Made by a program: the position numbers and the translations under genes | Shown here: positions 1 through 12,500 of the stretch, in pieces | How the letters are laid out: the number at the start of each line of letters is the position of its first letter | Numbering within the stretch: position 1 is the first letter of the stretch | Origin: Podarcis filfolensis | Lineage: Eukaryota | Reading direction: 5' to 3' (one strand) | Length of the DNA: 64,000 nt | Assembly: GCA_964270895.1 (NCBI GenBank) | Contig: OZ185435.1 | Notes under the pieces: generated by a model | What the model was told of the DNA's origin: nothing | Databases searched by the model: none | What the model saw: the letters and a program-made list of their open reading frames with translations, nothing else

Positions 1-560
1 TGGAAAGGAAGCACCGGAAGGGAGGCCGGGGCAGGTTTCCTCGTTCGCGCGGGGAGTCGGAGGAGCGACAGGAGGGGCGCGGAACGACGACCACCGGCGG
101 CCGGCAGGGCCCGCTGCCCCCGCCGCCGCCGCCATGGCCGTGTCGGAGAGCCAGCTGAAGAAGATGCTTGGCAAGGTAACGGCGAGGCCGGCCGGGGAGC
201 CCCTCCCAGCGGGCTTCTGCCGGGGGAACAGACCCGGGGATTCCTCCGCGCTCGCCCACCCGGCGGGGCCTCCAGGCCGCCCCTCTCCCCTCACCTCACG
301 CCGCTTCCCGAGCGAAACTTCCTCCTGAGTCATTATCTTTTCCTTCTTCCTGCTGCCAGAGGGGGAAAAAACCCCACAAAAATATCCTAGCCAGACACGA
401 ATAAACGAGGCCGGCTTTCTGGCAGCAGGAATGGGAAGGGTTTCTAATTTCGTGGGTCGCGAGAATGATCCTCCTGGGAGTCCGCAAAGGGAAAGAGCAG
501 GCCGAAATAGTCCCTGGTCTGTCCAGTCCAAAAAGGGATCACCCTTAGCGCCCAACGCCT
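1..560 (+). promoter_or_regulatory. CpG island / promoter-5'UTR of TSG101
   Basis: Very GC- and CpG-rich stretch around the ATG at 134; ETS-type CCGGAAG at 13..19; strong Kozak context gccgccgccATGG. Limits approximate. Confidence 0.85.
134..175 (+). CDS. TSG101: TSG101 coding exon 1 ([14 protein letters not shown])
   Basis: ATG in Kozak context; donor AAG|gtaac at 176. Confidence 0.97.
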
Positions 561-3500
561 TTTGCTAACTCTTTGAGGCCTCCCTAGTTATTACAGGAAA
601 ATAATGGGCGTGTTGCGACCTCTCCCAAGTTTTCAGTTGGGTGTTTTGTTTTTGTGGGTTTCCGGAATCATTTGTTGCCCTTTGTGGCCTATTTAAAGCT
701 AAATTCCGTTCTGAAATGAGGAACATGGGTACGACTAAGCTTTTAGTCGCTAAAGGAATCATGGAAACTAGTAAGCAAGTTCTTTAGGAGTTTTTAAAGT
801 CTAAATAAACACAAATTTGATTGTGGTGTTGTTATTATTACTACTACTACTACCACATTTTAAAAATACGTATGTAACTCAGCAAGTGAGCAGAGATCAT
901 TCAGGTTGGTGAAGGAGTTGGTTAGTTACCATCAAAGAATCTCAGTGATCAAGGTTGAGTATAAAGGTACTTTGGGCCCAAATTGTGAATTAACACAAGT
1001 TGACCTAGTGTGGCATCTGTTAACAGCAGCTGGGTACAGTTTACTTGGGAGCTTTAATGACTCTAAGGTACTTAGATAGTGTCAAAACATTTAATTTTAA
1101 AACACTAAAAAGTAAGAAATTTACTATAGGGTTGAATTTACCAGGTTATAGGAATACCGGTATGTCAGTTACAAAGAAAAGGATGCCACCCAGCAGCTTA
1201 GTTCACTAATTCCCTGTATAAGCAACTTTTTTGTGCTGGGAATTTCATTTGGAGAAGGTTGTTAATGTTCTTTATTCTTCTGCTGAAATCAGTAGAACAT
1301 AAAGGCTCTGAACATTGATGAAAGGTGACTAGATTCATGATAAAACCTGGATGAGAATGCCAAACTGGTATCAGTATCAAACCAAAGTTCAGTTGAATTG
1401 CAAAGTTCAGTGTAGGTTTGTTGTTAAATTGTTAATAAATGAAGCTATTTGTACTGTATTTTTATTTGCTGTGCTACAGTGGAATTAAGTTTATTGAAAA
1501 CACAAACTCTTATTCCTTCTTTAATAATTATTAATGCATAGTACTTAAAGAATAACCTAAATAGTGAGTGCCATTTAATTTTAATTTAATCTTGATTCTT
1601 ATATGTGAGTAAGCTTCATTGAATTCAGTAGTAGTAATTATTATTATTATTATTTATTATTATTTATACCCCGCCCATCTGACTGGGCGCTCTGGGCGGC
1701 TCCCAACAGAATATTAAACAGAGTAAAACATCAGACATTAAAAGCTTCCCTACACAGGGCTGTCTTCAGATGTCTTCTAACAATCAGATAGTTGTTTATT
1801 TCCTTGACATCTGATGGGAGGGCGTTCCACAGGGCGGGCACCACCACTGAGAAGGCTATCTGCCTGGTTTTGACTTCTGAGTAAACATATAGGAATTGAG
1901 CTGTAAGCGTACTTAAATTTGCAGCCTTACATCTCATGTTCAGTTGAGTTCAGTGGGACTTACTCCCAAGTAAATGTGTGTAGGACAAGCAGTCTTACTC
2001 ATCCAGCTGATCCTTTAGTTGGATGAAGCTAATTTAAGTAGTCAGCAGGTTTAATGTGCATATTCTCCCCTGAGTCATTTTCTGATCCATTCTATACTTA
2101 ATTGGCAAGTAAGTTGCAAAACCACCTTATTACTTTGTAACAAGTTGAATGAAGAGGAGGAAGTAGAATGTAAGAATGCATCATTGCCTTATTAGACACC
2201 TGTGATTTTAACCTTTAACATACATTTCTAACTGAGGGTGGGGACAGTATTTTGTCAGCTTTTTGTTGTTAAAGATTATGAGTAGAAATTTGCATATCAT
2301 CTTTGCTTCTTAGCTAGCACTATGCTAATTTGGGCCAGATTCAACTAAGTGGGTGCATTAGCGGGAGCTAGCACAAGGGCTTCCACTAGTGCAATGGGAT
2401 TTTCTCTCTCCTATCCTGCTGGGGGGTCAGGAGAACCCCCAGAACTGGGGGGGGGGAGATTGTTCTGTAGAAATGCTTGCACTGATGGAATGTTTGTGCT
2501 AGTGTGACACTGAATTCCTCCCTTTTTTAGACTGGTTTTATCAAATTAGTGATAAACCATAGGATTGAATATTTGAACTTGTTCAAGAGCATACTAAATG
2601 TTGAGCTAGTGTGGTGTAGAACATGGATACTATTCATAATTCTTAAAATATTAATTCTTGCATTATTCTCTTTTTTCGTGGCTGCATAACTCTCATTGTC
2701 TTCAGATAAACAAATATATTGGTAATTAATTGGACGTGAATTTTGGTGACTGCCTTAAAGGTACAAAGTCACTAGTACATTGCTAGCTGGCTCTGCACAG
2801 CTGATTTTACTTGGCCATGTTAGCAGATCAGACTAAATCTGTATTCTAATGCATAAAGGTATGTCGTGGCTGCAGTGCAAACTCTGGTACTTCTTTCTGA
2901 GCAGTGTGGCCACAGAAGTTGACTGCTGTTGGTCTTAAAACCAAAGGCAAGGTGGTTCTTTTAAAATGAGATTCAGAAGCAATACAAAAAACACAAGTGA
3001 ATGAGAAGATTACAGATTTTATTCTCAAACAGCAAGCAATGTATACATACCAAGCAAGCACTTCAACCTGCCATTTGGAAGCCCTCAAGAAGTGGCAAAG
3101 CGACTCCCCCAGGTAGCCTCACTTTGCACAGACCTGCAGCCGATCAGTCTGTGCAGGAGCTTCAAAGAAACTCTGCCCAAACCATAGGTAGCAGGTGTGG
3201 CTTGCCAGACTGGCTATGTGCAGATCATCCATTAGCTACCCCCTCCCAGTTCTTCACCTTCTCAAAACAATGTCCAGTGTCAAAGAAGGTTCCCAGTACT
3301 ATGCTTCCAACTGATTAAGGCAGATGTATGTGGGGCTTCATCTCCTCCCAACTTTCTCAGGCCAATAAAGACCAGTCTCACACCATCAAAAAACGTAACA
3401 AGAGCAAGGGAGGGGGAAGGAACAGATCACTAACTCCTTGATACATTTTTGTCTTCTGGATGCATTTCCCATACAAGGAGACCTTAAGAACAGGGAGTTG

Positions 3501-6500
3501 TGAACTGCGATTGCTCAAGTAGGTGAGCAGAGTTGATAGTGGACTTGAAAGAGGAGCTTGAAGAAATCAGTTTTCGTGCTGTCCAGTGGAGAGTGAGAGG
3601 CAACAGATATAAGATTGGGACCTGAGAGTGCTCTGGATCAGTTGGCGCTGTGTGTGGATGGCTGAGGTAGAGAAAGATGGTTTTTGCAGAGATGTTGGAC
3701 TAAATATGTGCCTCTGTCATAGAGACACAATCCTCTACTTATTTCATTGCCATCAACAATTTAAAAAATCTGTTCAGTGGTCTACATTAATTCATAAGTG
3801 TATTCATTTTCTTTGTAGAACTGTGTCAGCTTACCACAAAACAAAGAACATGTTGGATTGTGGATAGTCTCATTTCACTTGAGCATCCTAATTGTAGAAT
3901 TGAGTTTGATTCACTTTGCATCATGACATACCACTTATACTTGATCCTGGCAGGTCAGGTTTACTCTATAATCTCTGGCTGTAATTCAGCAAAGTGGTTC
4001 TATATACAAAAGTAGTTACAGTGGTACCTCTGGTTGCGAACGGGATCCATTCCAGAGGCCCATTCGCAATATGAAAGGAACGCAACCTGCAGCGGTGCGG
4101 GTGGCGATTCGCTGCTTCTGTGCATGTGCGTGACATCATTTTGCGCGTTTGTGCATGCGCACGTGGCTAAACCTGGAAGTAACCATTTCCGGTACTTCCG
4201 GGTCGCCGTGGGACGCAACCTGAAAAAACGTAACATGAAGCAAACCTAACAAGAGGTATGACTGTGTAGTATCTTACCTGCTTGGAAGACTGTGCAGATA
4301 TTGTTCTCTAGTCACTATAGTTGTGTTGAAGGAAGTCTAAATGTTTTCAGTGGAAGTTGTCTTTTGTGGAGCTTTAAGATTTTCAAAAATCTATTTCCCC
4401 CTAGTACAAGTACAGAGACTTGACTGTTCAGGAAACTGTCAGTGTTATTACCCAGTACAAAGACCTCAAGCCTGTAATGGATGGATATGGTGAGTTTTTA
4501 TGTTATGTTTTTCTTTTTTGTACAGTATTTTTGTTAGCTAGCCTATGTCGGTTTCCTATCAGTATATCATACTGTATTTTGTGTAAGAAATTTTATGACA
4601 AAGAAGAAATAAGATAACTTGTTAGACCAGGGTAGCTAACCTGGTGTTCTCCAGATCTTGTTAGTCTGCAGTCAGCCTTAGCTAGCAAACCCAATAGTCA
4701 GAGAAGATTTGAATTATAGTTAAGCAAGATATGGAGGACCAAAGGTTAGTCACCCCTGCACTGTGCTAATTATTTGAGACATGCTTTTTGGCAAAATGGT
4801 AATAGGGGAACCTTTTCTTCCAAAGCCAATGATCAGGGGTGATGGGATTGTAGTCCAGCAACGTCTGGAGTACCACAGCCACCCCTCACTTGACTTGGAC
4901 ATAGTATTGCTCATTTTTAGGCTTTGCTTTGAAGGCTGACAACTACAATAGCAATGTTATGGCAGCTTTATTTTTCATAGATGCTAGAATTGTATGGAGC
5001 AGATCTGCCTGTCACACAATAATTTGCTCACCATTTCTTATTGTGTGGTGTTGTTAGTTCATTTTCCTAGAAGATGCTTGCTTCTATATAGAGAAGTGTT
5101 TGAAAAAAAGTAGTCTCTGAGATTATACTGTATATCTGTTTTGTCAAGCATGCACACAGTTTTTGTTATCTGACTATAAAATGAACAGGTTGCATAACAC
5201 TTTTTTTTTGCTTTTCAGTTTTTAATGATGGTTCATCAAGAGAACTGATGAGCCTCACAGGAACCATTCCTGTAAATTACAAAGGTATGTATTTGTCTTT
5301 GGTAGATTGCCAGTACATTACTTGAAAGCTTACATCATTTACTTTGATCAGCTTGGTCACTAACTTGTTCTGAATGCTTTGTTCTTAGTTTTGGACCTTT
5401 GTACAACTGTTTTGTGTTGCCACATACAGGAGGTTTTCCTATTCTTTGTGCAGTGTCCAACAAAGTTTTTTCATTAGCACAATGTGTGCAGTGGAATTTC
5501 CCCCTCCCTTCTCGTACCCTGGGAGAGGGGCTCAAGGAGACTTCCAGAACAGTGGACTGGAGGGCAGCCTGCTTCTGTTAGTGGAGGTTAGAAGGCCTTC
5601 CATCACTACAAGGGCAGCTTTTGTAATCATTCCTATTTCACAGCATTAAAATATATTGTCAGAAGGAGAAAATAATAATGCTTTCATCTTTTCTTTTTAA
5701 ATAACTTCTTCAGGTAACACATACAATATCCCAATATGTCTGTGGCTGTTGGATACATATCCATACAATCCACCAATCTGTTTTGTTAAGCCAACTAGTT
5801 CAATGACAATTAAAACTGGGAAGCACGTGGATGCAAATGGCAAGATATACCTTCCATATCTACATGAATGGAAACATGTAAGTACAATTATAAAATTCTT
5901 AACTATTAGCCCTAAATTATTTCACCATTTAAGTAGCAGTTTTGTTTAATATTCTTCTTTCTCCTTTGGTCATTTGTTATAGCAGAAAGATGTGACATTG
6001 GGAAACTGGGGTCTCTATTGAGTAAAATCTTAGCACTCTTACATAGTACTAATTGTGTTACTGCTTTTGTCATATTTGATCTCCGTTCATGAGATCTGCA
6101 ATTGAAATGTGGCCTGCCGTAAAATGTCTAATTGCTGCTGATAATTAATATGGGGTTAGGGTTCATATTCTCATTAGTACTTTCTCAGTGATATGCTACA
6201 CTTTTAATTTTTATCAGTTAGTGATTGCACCTGAATTGGAATATACTTGACCAAAACCTACAAATAGAGTAATGAAATGACCACCTATAACTGACAAGGT
6301 GATGGATGCATTGTCATTGTTAATCTTTGTGGGATTAAAAAAGCAAAGAGATTTTTATATGCTTTCCCCCTTAGCCACAATCAGATTTGATTGGCTTGAT
6401 TCAAGTGATGATTGTGGTGTTTGGAGAAGAACCTCCAGTCTTCTCTCGGCCTACCATTTCAGCAGCCTACCCACCTTACCAGGCAACAGGACCACCAAAC

Positions 6501-9500
6501 TGTAAGTACCTTGTACCCCATATACTTGCAAGTTGCAATGAAAACAAGTAGAATAATGGCACGGTGTATTGTTGAAAAGATCTAGTTATTGTAGTATTGG
6601 TTTCTGAATATGTAGTTATGTTGTTGGTTAAAATACAAAGTATCTCTGCTGCCAATTGCCCATTCCAGAGCACAAGTTGTATAGCCAATATTCATTCTGT
6701 GTAATCTTTTTCAGCTACCAGCAGCTCTGAGTTTGGTTTATTTAAATGTAGAGAATTAGGCTAGATATTTTGAACATGCTGCCTAATAACTGTTTTGATT
6801 ATAAATAAATTTCCATGAAAGATGTTGTTTTTTAGCGCCCACACTACAATCTCAACAACATTGCTACAATTCATTTGATCCTTGATCTATTTTCAAACAT
6901 TATTTATGCTAATATTTTGCCATTATCAGTACCTTTATCTTCATATGTCATTGTTTATGAAACTTATTTATTTTATAATGCTAGCACAGTTATATTGGCA
7001 TCCTTTATACTATTTTTCTGTTAATTGCAAATCAAATTAAAAACTCGCTTTGGTATCTAATTTTTGAGTATCTAATAATGACACTTTTATGTTCCATTGC
7101 TCTCAACTTCTGAGAAAAAGATGTTCCTACAACTGTTAATTATTTTGCAAGAATTTACTGTGCTATTTTACAAGATGTGTAGGGCATTTATTTGAAATGT
7201 ATACTTATACCAGTTTGAAAACTGGTATTATTGTAGGGAAATTCATTTTATAGAACACAAACCTGTCATTGTTAGATGTACCAATGCTGAACACTCAAGG
7301 AAAGTTAAATTTGCTTTCTTTTTTGCCATTTTAGCATTGCAAAAAGCTTTCTCATTGTACAGTACTTTTTACCACCAGAGAATATCATCTCTGCCAGTAG
7401 GTGTCAGCCAAATATAGAATAGCCAGGAGTTTGACTTCAGAACTAATAAAGCTATATATTGCCAGCTTGATAGTAACACTGATACTTTGACACCATCACT
7501 TTAAAAATCATAGGTAGCTGTCCTGGTCTTCAGTGGGGGTGGAGCTGTGCAAAACCACAGTTGGGAAATAGCTTCATTAGGACCCTTAGAAATGTAATAT
7601 TAATAGCAAGCAAGTTTTCAGGTTCTCCAGAACTCTTCATTGCACTGAATGTAGAGTTGGTGCAGTGAGAGATATAAGATAATGGAGAAAGCCCCAAAGT
7701 GCAGTCTCAATTGTCTTAAATTGGAGTGTGGGATGTGCTACTTATACTTAATGAATGCAAGGCACACATCACATCTAATTGATTGATTTCTCCCTCGTGT
7801 CCCATCTTGGACCACTCCAGAAACTCCCCAAATTTCAGCTGATTTTTGGAAGGGGTGTAGTGAGCTGCAGCGGGGAGGAGGGGGCAAGTGGACCTTTTCC
7901 CTCGCAATTCTGGAACCAACTCTATAGATCCAGCTCTTAGTATGAACATTTTAATCTTTATTATTAGATTAATCGCTTCATTTTAATAATGGCTTGCTTG
8001 TAAGGACTCCCTGGTTATATAGGACTGGATTCAATTAAAGTACTAAACAATTGTACTAGCAGGAGCCAGTGGAAGGACTCCCAGTAGCACAGCAGGATCT
8101 CCCCACACTATCCGCTTTGGGAGGAAAAAACCCCAGACTGCAGGAGGAGAAGAGGGGAGATTGTTCTGTCAAGCAAGCAAAAACACTTGCACCAAGGGAA
8201 CAATTGAAATAATGTGATGTTGAATTCCACCTATGGATTTGAATATGTGTAAGGAAAAAATGGGATAAAGGAACACTCTGAATTGGCTTATGCAGCAAGA
8301 GTAAAGTAACTGAAATGCATAATAAGTGCAAGCACAACAGGGAAGACTAGGAACAGGAATGGTTTCCTGGGCTGTTGTTTGCTTATTCTGAAGGTGGGGC
8401 AGGGTTCAAGAAGACTTCTTTTTTCTTTCCTTCTGCATTTTCTTCATTTGGGCTATTAAAAAATAACTTTTACAACTGTAGAAATTACATCAATAGTTGA
8501 TGTAATAGCATCAATAGTTGTCATTCTATTAATAAAACAGCTGCTTCTGTTCCAAAAAGGGACTGAGGTTCAGTGGAGACTTGGGGAAGTGATCATTGCC
8601 TCTTGTCTCAGCACCAACTTCCATGGTCTTTGCCTCTTCCTTTTCCCCCAGAAGGTTTCTGCTCACAGGAAGTTTGGATCTAATCTAGTTGGTTGTATTC
8701 AACTAAGTTCTACTCAACCCATTGAAAGAAATAGACCTAAGTTCATTAATTCCATTCATTTGGTGGATCTACCTTGAGTTGAGGCAACCCAATTAATTTT
8801 TAACTACTTATTTGTAAAGATAATTTTATAATTGTACAACACTATCCTAAATTGTTAAAATGTTTGAAATTGTTGTTGTGCACAGCTTCCTATATGCCAG
8901 GAATGCCAAGTGGAATGCCTCATTTCCCTCCTGGACCACCACCTAACCCAAGGTAAGCTATGGTTTGCTGAATCTGCTGATCCAATAGACTACACTGGCA
9001 ATATTGGACAATGTGATGTTGTGCCCATTTCTGAAATTGAGAGTGATGGACTTTAAAAGCATTAGATTTGTATTCCATTCATCTTGAGTTCAGTTTTGTC
9101 TGGGTGTTGAGTCAGGGTCTTTTATATGTTGTTATTTAAATACAGTCATCAAAAACCCTGGTTGCATTTAAGGTCCCTTCATTTGGGTAAAGCAATGATT
9201 AAGTGTATAGTGAGCAAAATTGGTGTCATTGTAAACCTATACTTCTAAAATGACTCACGTTCTTGCCTTTTTATAAAACTTTTCAGCTTGCTTCCTGCAT
9301 TCTTAACATTATTTGGCTGCATAATCTCCTGATGAGAGCCCTTTTATATATAAAAAACCTAGGCTTCCCATGTTCAAAGAACACATGTAGGGGGGTGCAC
9401 AGCTATGGATGTTTTTTTTCTGTCTCTGATGTCTCTGTTCCCTCCAGCTCATCCCCCAGACCTTTGTGCACTGGGCAGAAGATCTGTTGGGAGAATGTGT

Positions 9501-12500
9501 GTAAGTTCAGCTTAATGCACACAGGCTCCTCCACAAAATTTGCATCCACACATCCACAGAACTCCTAGTTACATGGAGGAGCCTGTATACCTTCTGCTGA
9601 ACGTGTGTAAGTTTCCCCTTCAGACTTTCTGCCCAATAAGTATAAGTCTGAGGGTGGAGCCAGTAATAGACAGTGTGGGCAGTGGTGGTGGAGCAACTCC
9701 AAAACAGACCTAGGATTAGAACCCAACATACTGGAGCAACTGCTGCAGCCCATGTGTTCTGGCAGGGCCCCAATGGAACTGATGCCAGTCTTGCTATCAC
9801 CCCCATTGGCGCTCTGCCTGGCATTTCCACCACCGTTGGGGTCTCTGTCCAATGCACCAATCACTACCCTCCACCAGCAGGTGCCATTTTCATATGGGAG
9901 CCAAGCTACCACTCAAACTCCAGTCCGTGGTGGGTGGCCACCATCTCAGGACCCCCAAAATGCAGTGCTCACAAACAGGCATTGCATTTGGGGTCTCTGA
10001 GATGGCAGCCATCTGCTGCTGAAGATCAGAGCTGAGTAGTAGCCTGTTTTCCATCAAAAACACCGCTGCCATCTGCTGGATAAGCACAACCAGAGGGAGT
10101 GAGAAATGACTGGTGGCAGCAGAATTGGTGGGCAGAGTGGCCAAGGGAAGACACATTGTTGGGCAGGGGAACTGAGAGAGGCCCAGTCTGAGAGTCTACT
10201 AAAATCTAACACCAACCTTGATATAATACACTGCTACCTTTTGCACATGTTCTTTTAATGTATGGAGACAGAAGAGGGCTGAGGACTGCTTTATTTCTAC
10301 ACATCGGCTCATTTTATCCCTTTAGTTGTTGGCTAGTGTTAGTACAATGAATTAAACAGTAAGGCTTGTTCACAATAGACACAGTTCTGAGTGTAGAAAT
10401 CCCACACATGTACTGTATTGTATCTCCCTTTTTCATATCCTGTGGTGGTATTGTCTCTAGTTTCCTACTATTGATGGCTTATTAGTTCTGCCATCACTAT
10501 ATGCATTATATAACTGATTCTGAAAATGGAGTGCATGGCACCAACTGAGTGGAAATAGAGGGCACTAACTTTTGAGGAAAGTAACATAGCATGCAGAAAC
10601 TCTAAAATGTGTACGTTCTCTGGCAGTTGGAGGAGCCTGCTCAATCTCCCCTCTGTAAATGAAACCACCAAGGCAACATAGACCTTTTCAAATGAAAATA
10701 ATGCAACAAAGTACAAACCTGTTAACTGCTAACAGAATGAACCATGAATAATTAGACTGAGTGCCTCTACCTGTCTTCAGCTTTAATCCACAAATGTGAA
10801 GAAACTTTGATCAGGGAACTTGAAATTTATTTATACTTATTTGAATAACATTGATAAAAACATTGATACCTCTGAAACCTATGGATGACAACAAATTTCT
10901 GATAGGCTTGAATATTACTCTGACTGTTTATATCTGCATCAGTGGCTCTTTTTTAAATTCTGTTTGTCTATTATAAATTGTTTAAATGTAAAAAAAAATT
11001 GCTTATGAATGGAAATATTAACTAAAGAATGCATAACACTGTGTCTTTCTCCCCCTCCCCTTTCAAGTGGTTACCCAAGCTATCCTTACCCTCCCCCTAG
11101 CGGATCATTTCCACCAACAACTAGCACACAACACTACCCTTCTCAGCCTCCTGTAACCACTGTGGGTGAGTAACTTTGAAAGTGTCTTTTTCCGAATGTA
11201 ATGAGATGGCTCATTCAAAATATATAGCATAAAGCAAATCCAAATACACCTATTTCTAAGATGGGCATTAAGTGCCTCGTGGCAAAAACATCAGTTATTT
11301 TACACTTTAACCATGCTAGATGTTCATTTTTTTCTCCATTGTTTGATTTATGGAACAATCATTAACTGTTTTCACTGTTCAACAAACTTCATTTTTATTG
11401 AACTGTTTTATGTAATGAAGTTCACATGTGTTTGAAAATATTATGTTTGCAGGTCCAAGATAAATTAAAGCCCGAAGGCTTTTTTTTTTTTAAGCCTACA
11501 TATTTATTATGTTCTTATTAACTGGGGGAATGATCTTGTAGTTATGAACTTTTCAATGATGAGAAAAGGGTGGGTTTCATTTGATCACACCACTGAATGT
11601 ACCAGGAACTTGAACAGCAGCATCATTTGGGCACAAGAATGAAGAGGCATGTAGCCAGTGTGGAGTAACTGCAGTCCAAGAGGCAGTACTACAGCCTATT
11701 TACAAGCCTTTTGCTATGTCAGCCAAAGATGGAGAATAGTACCTAAGGATGATGTGAACTGAAGAAACCTTGATTGCTGTCGGGTCAGTAGCACTGAAAA
11801 TACAGTTGAGTTCCGTGCTTAACTGGAAGCGAACCAAGCTATCCTTGACTCCATCGTGTTTTCCAGTACACTCCCAAACTGCGATTCCCCCCCCACTCTT
11901 TTTGTGTGTGATGCAAGTGTAGAAGTGCCGTTCATGAAGTAGCCCAGCTACCATCACCAGATCTTCATCTTGTGAAGTTTGTTGATCTGTAAGCTAAAGG
12001 TGCCAATCAACAGCTTTCTTCAGTTTCGTGTTCAGTGTAATTCTTGGGTGCTGAAATGCTTGCTCACCTGTGTTACTACTTAGCCCAGAACTACCAAACC
12101 TGTTCAGAGAAGTCCTAAGAATCTGAAAGTATTGTTGCCTCTAGTGATAAGCAAAAACTTGAAAACCCTCAAAAGAGTATAATTTAGAAAGCACATTATT
12201 ATTTAGCACAAAGACTGCAAGATCCCTGACCACATCATCATCCACTGTTTTCTTGTCCAATGTCACATAGAATATATTTGAACACCAAAAATTACCATCA
12301 CTTTTGTTGAGCTATTACTATTATCGTTGTTGTTATTTTACAGGTCTATAGACTGCTTCAGAGCCATATGCTATTGAAGCTATGTACAATAAGATCAAAT
12401 ACAAAAGATGCAAACTCTAAAAACAATAAAACCATTTTTACAATTATAAAATTGACTGGATTGCATGTCAGGAAAAGACTTCATAAACAAAAACAAGTTG

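Noticed and set aside
4426-4443. Counterpart of the cryptic exon 2 donor used in the human cancer-associated TSG101 deletion transcript
   Set aside because: The position I recall reads GTTCAG here, a poor donor. My placement is from memory and the nearby GTCAGT has no supporting evidence.
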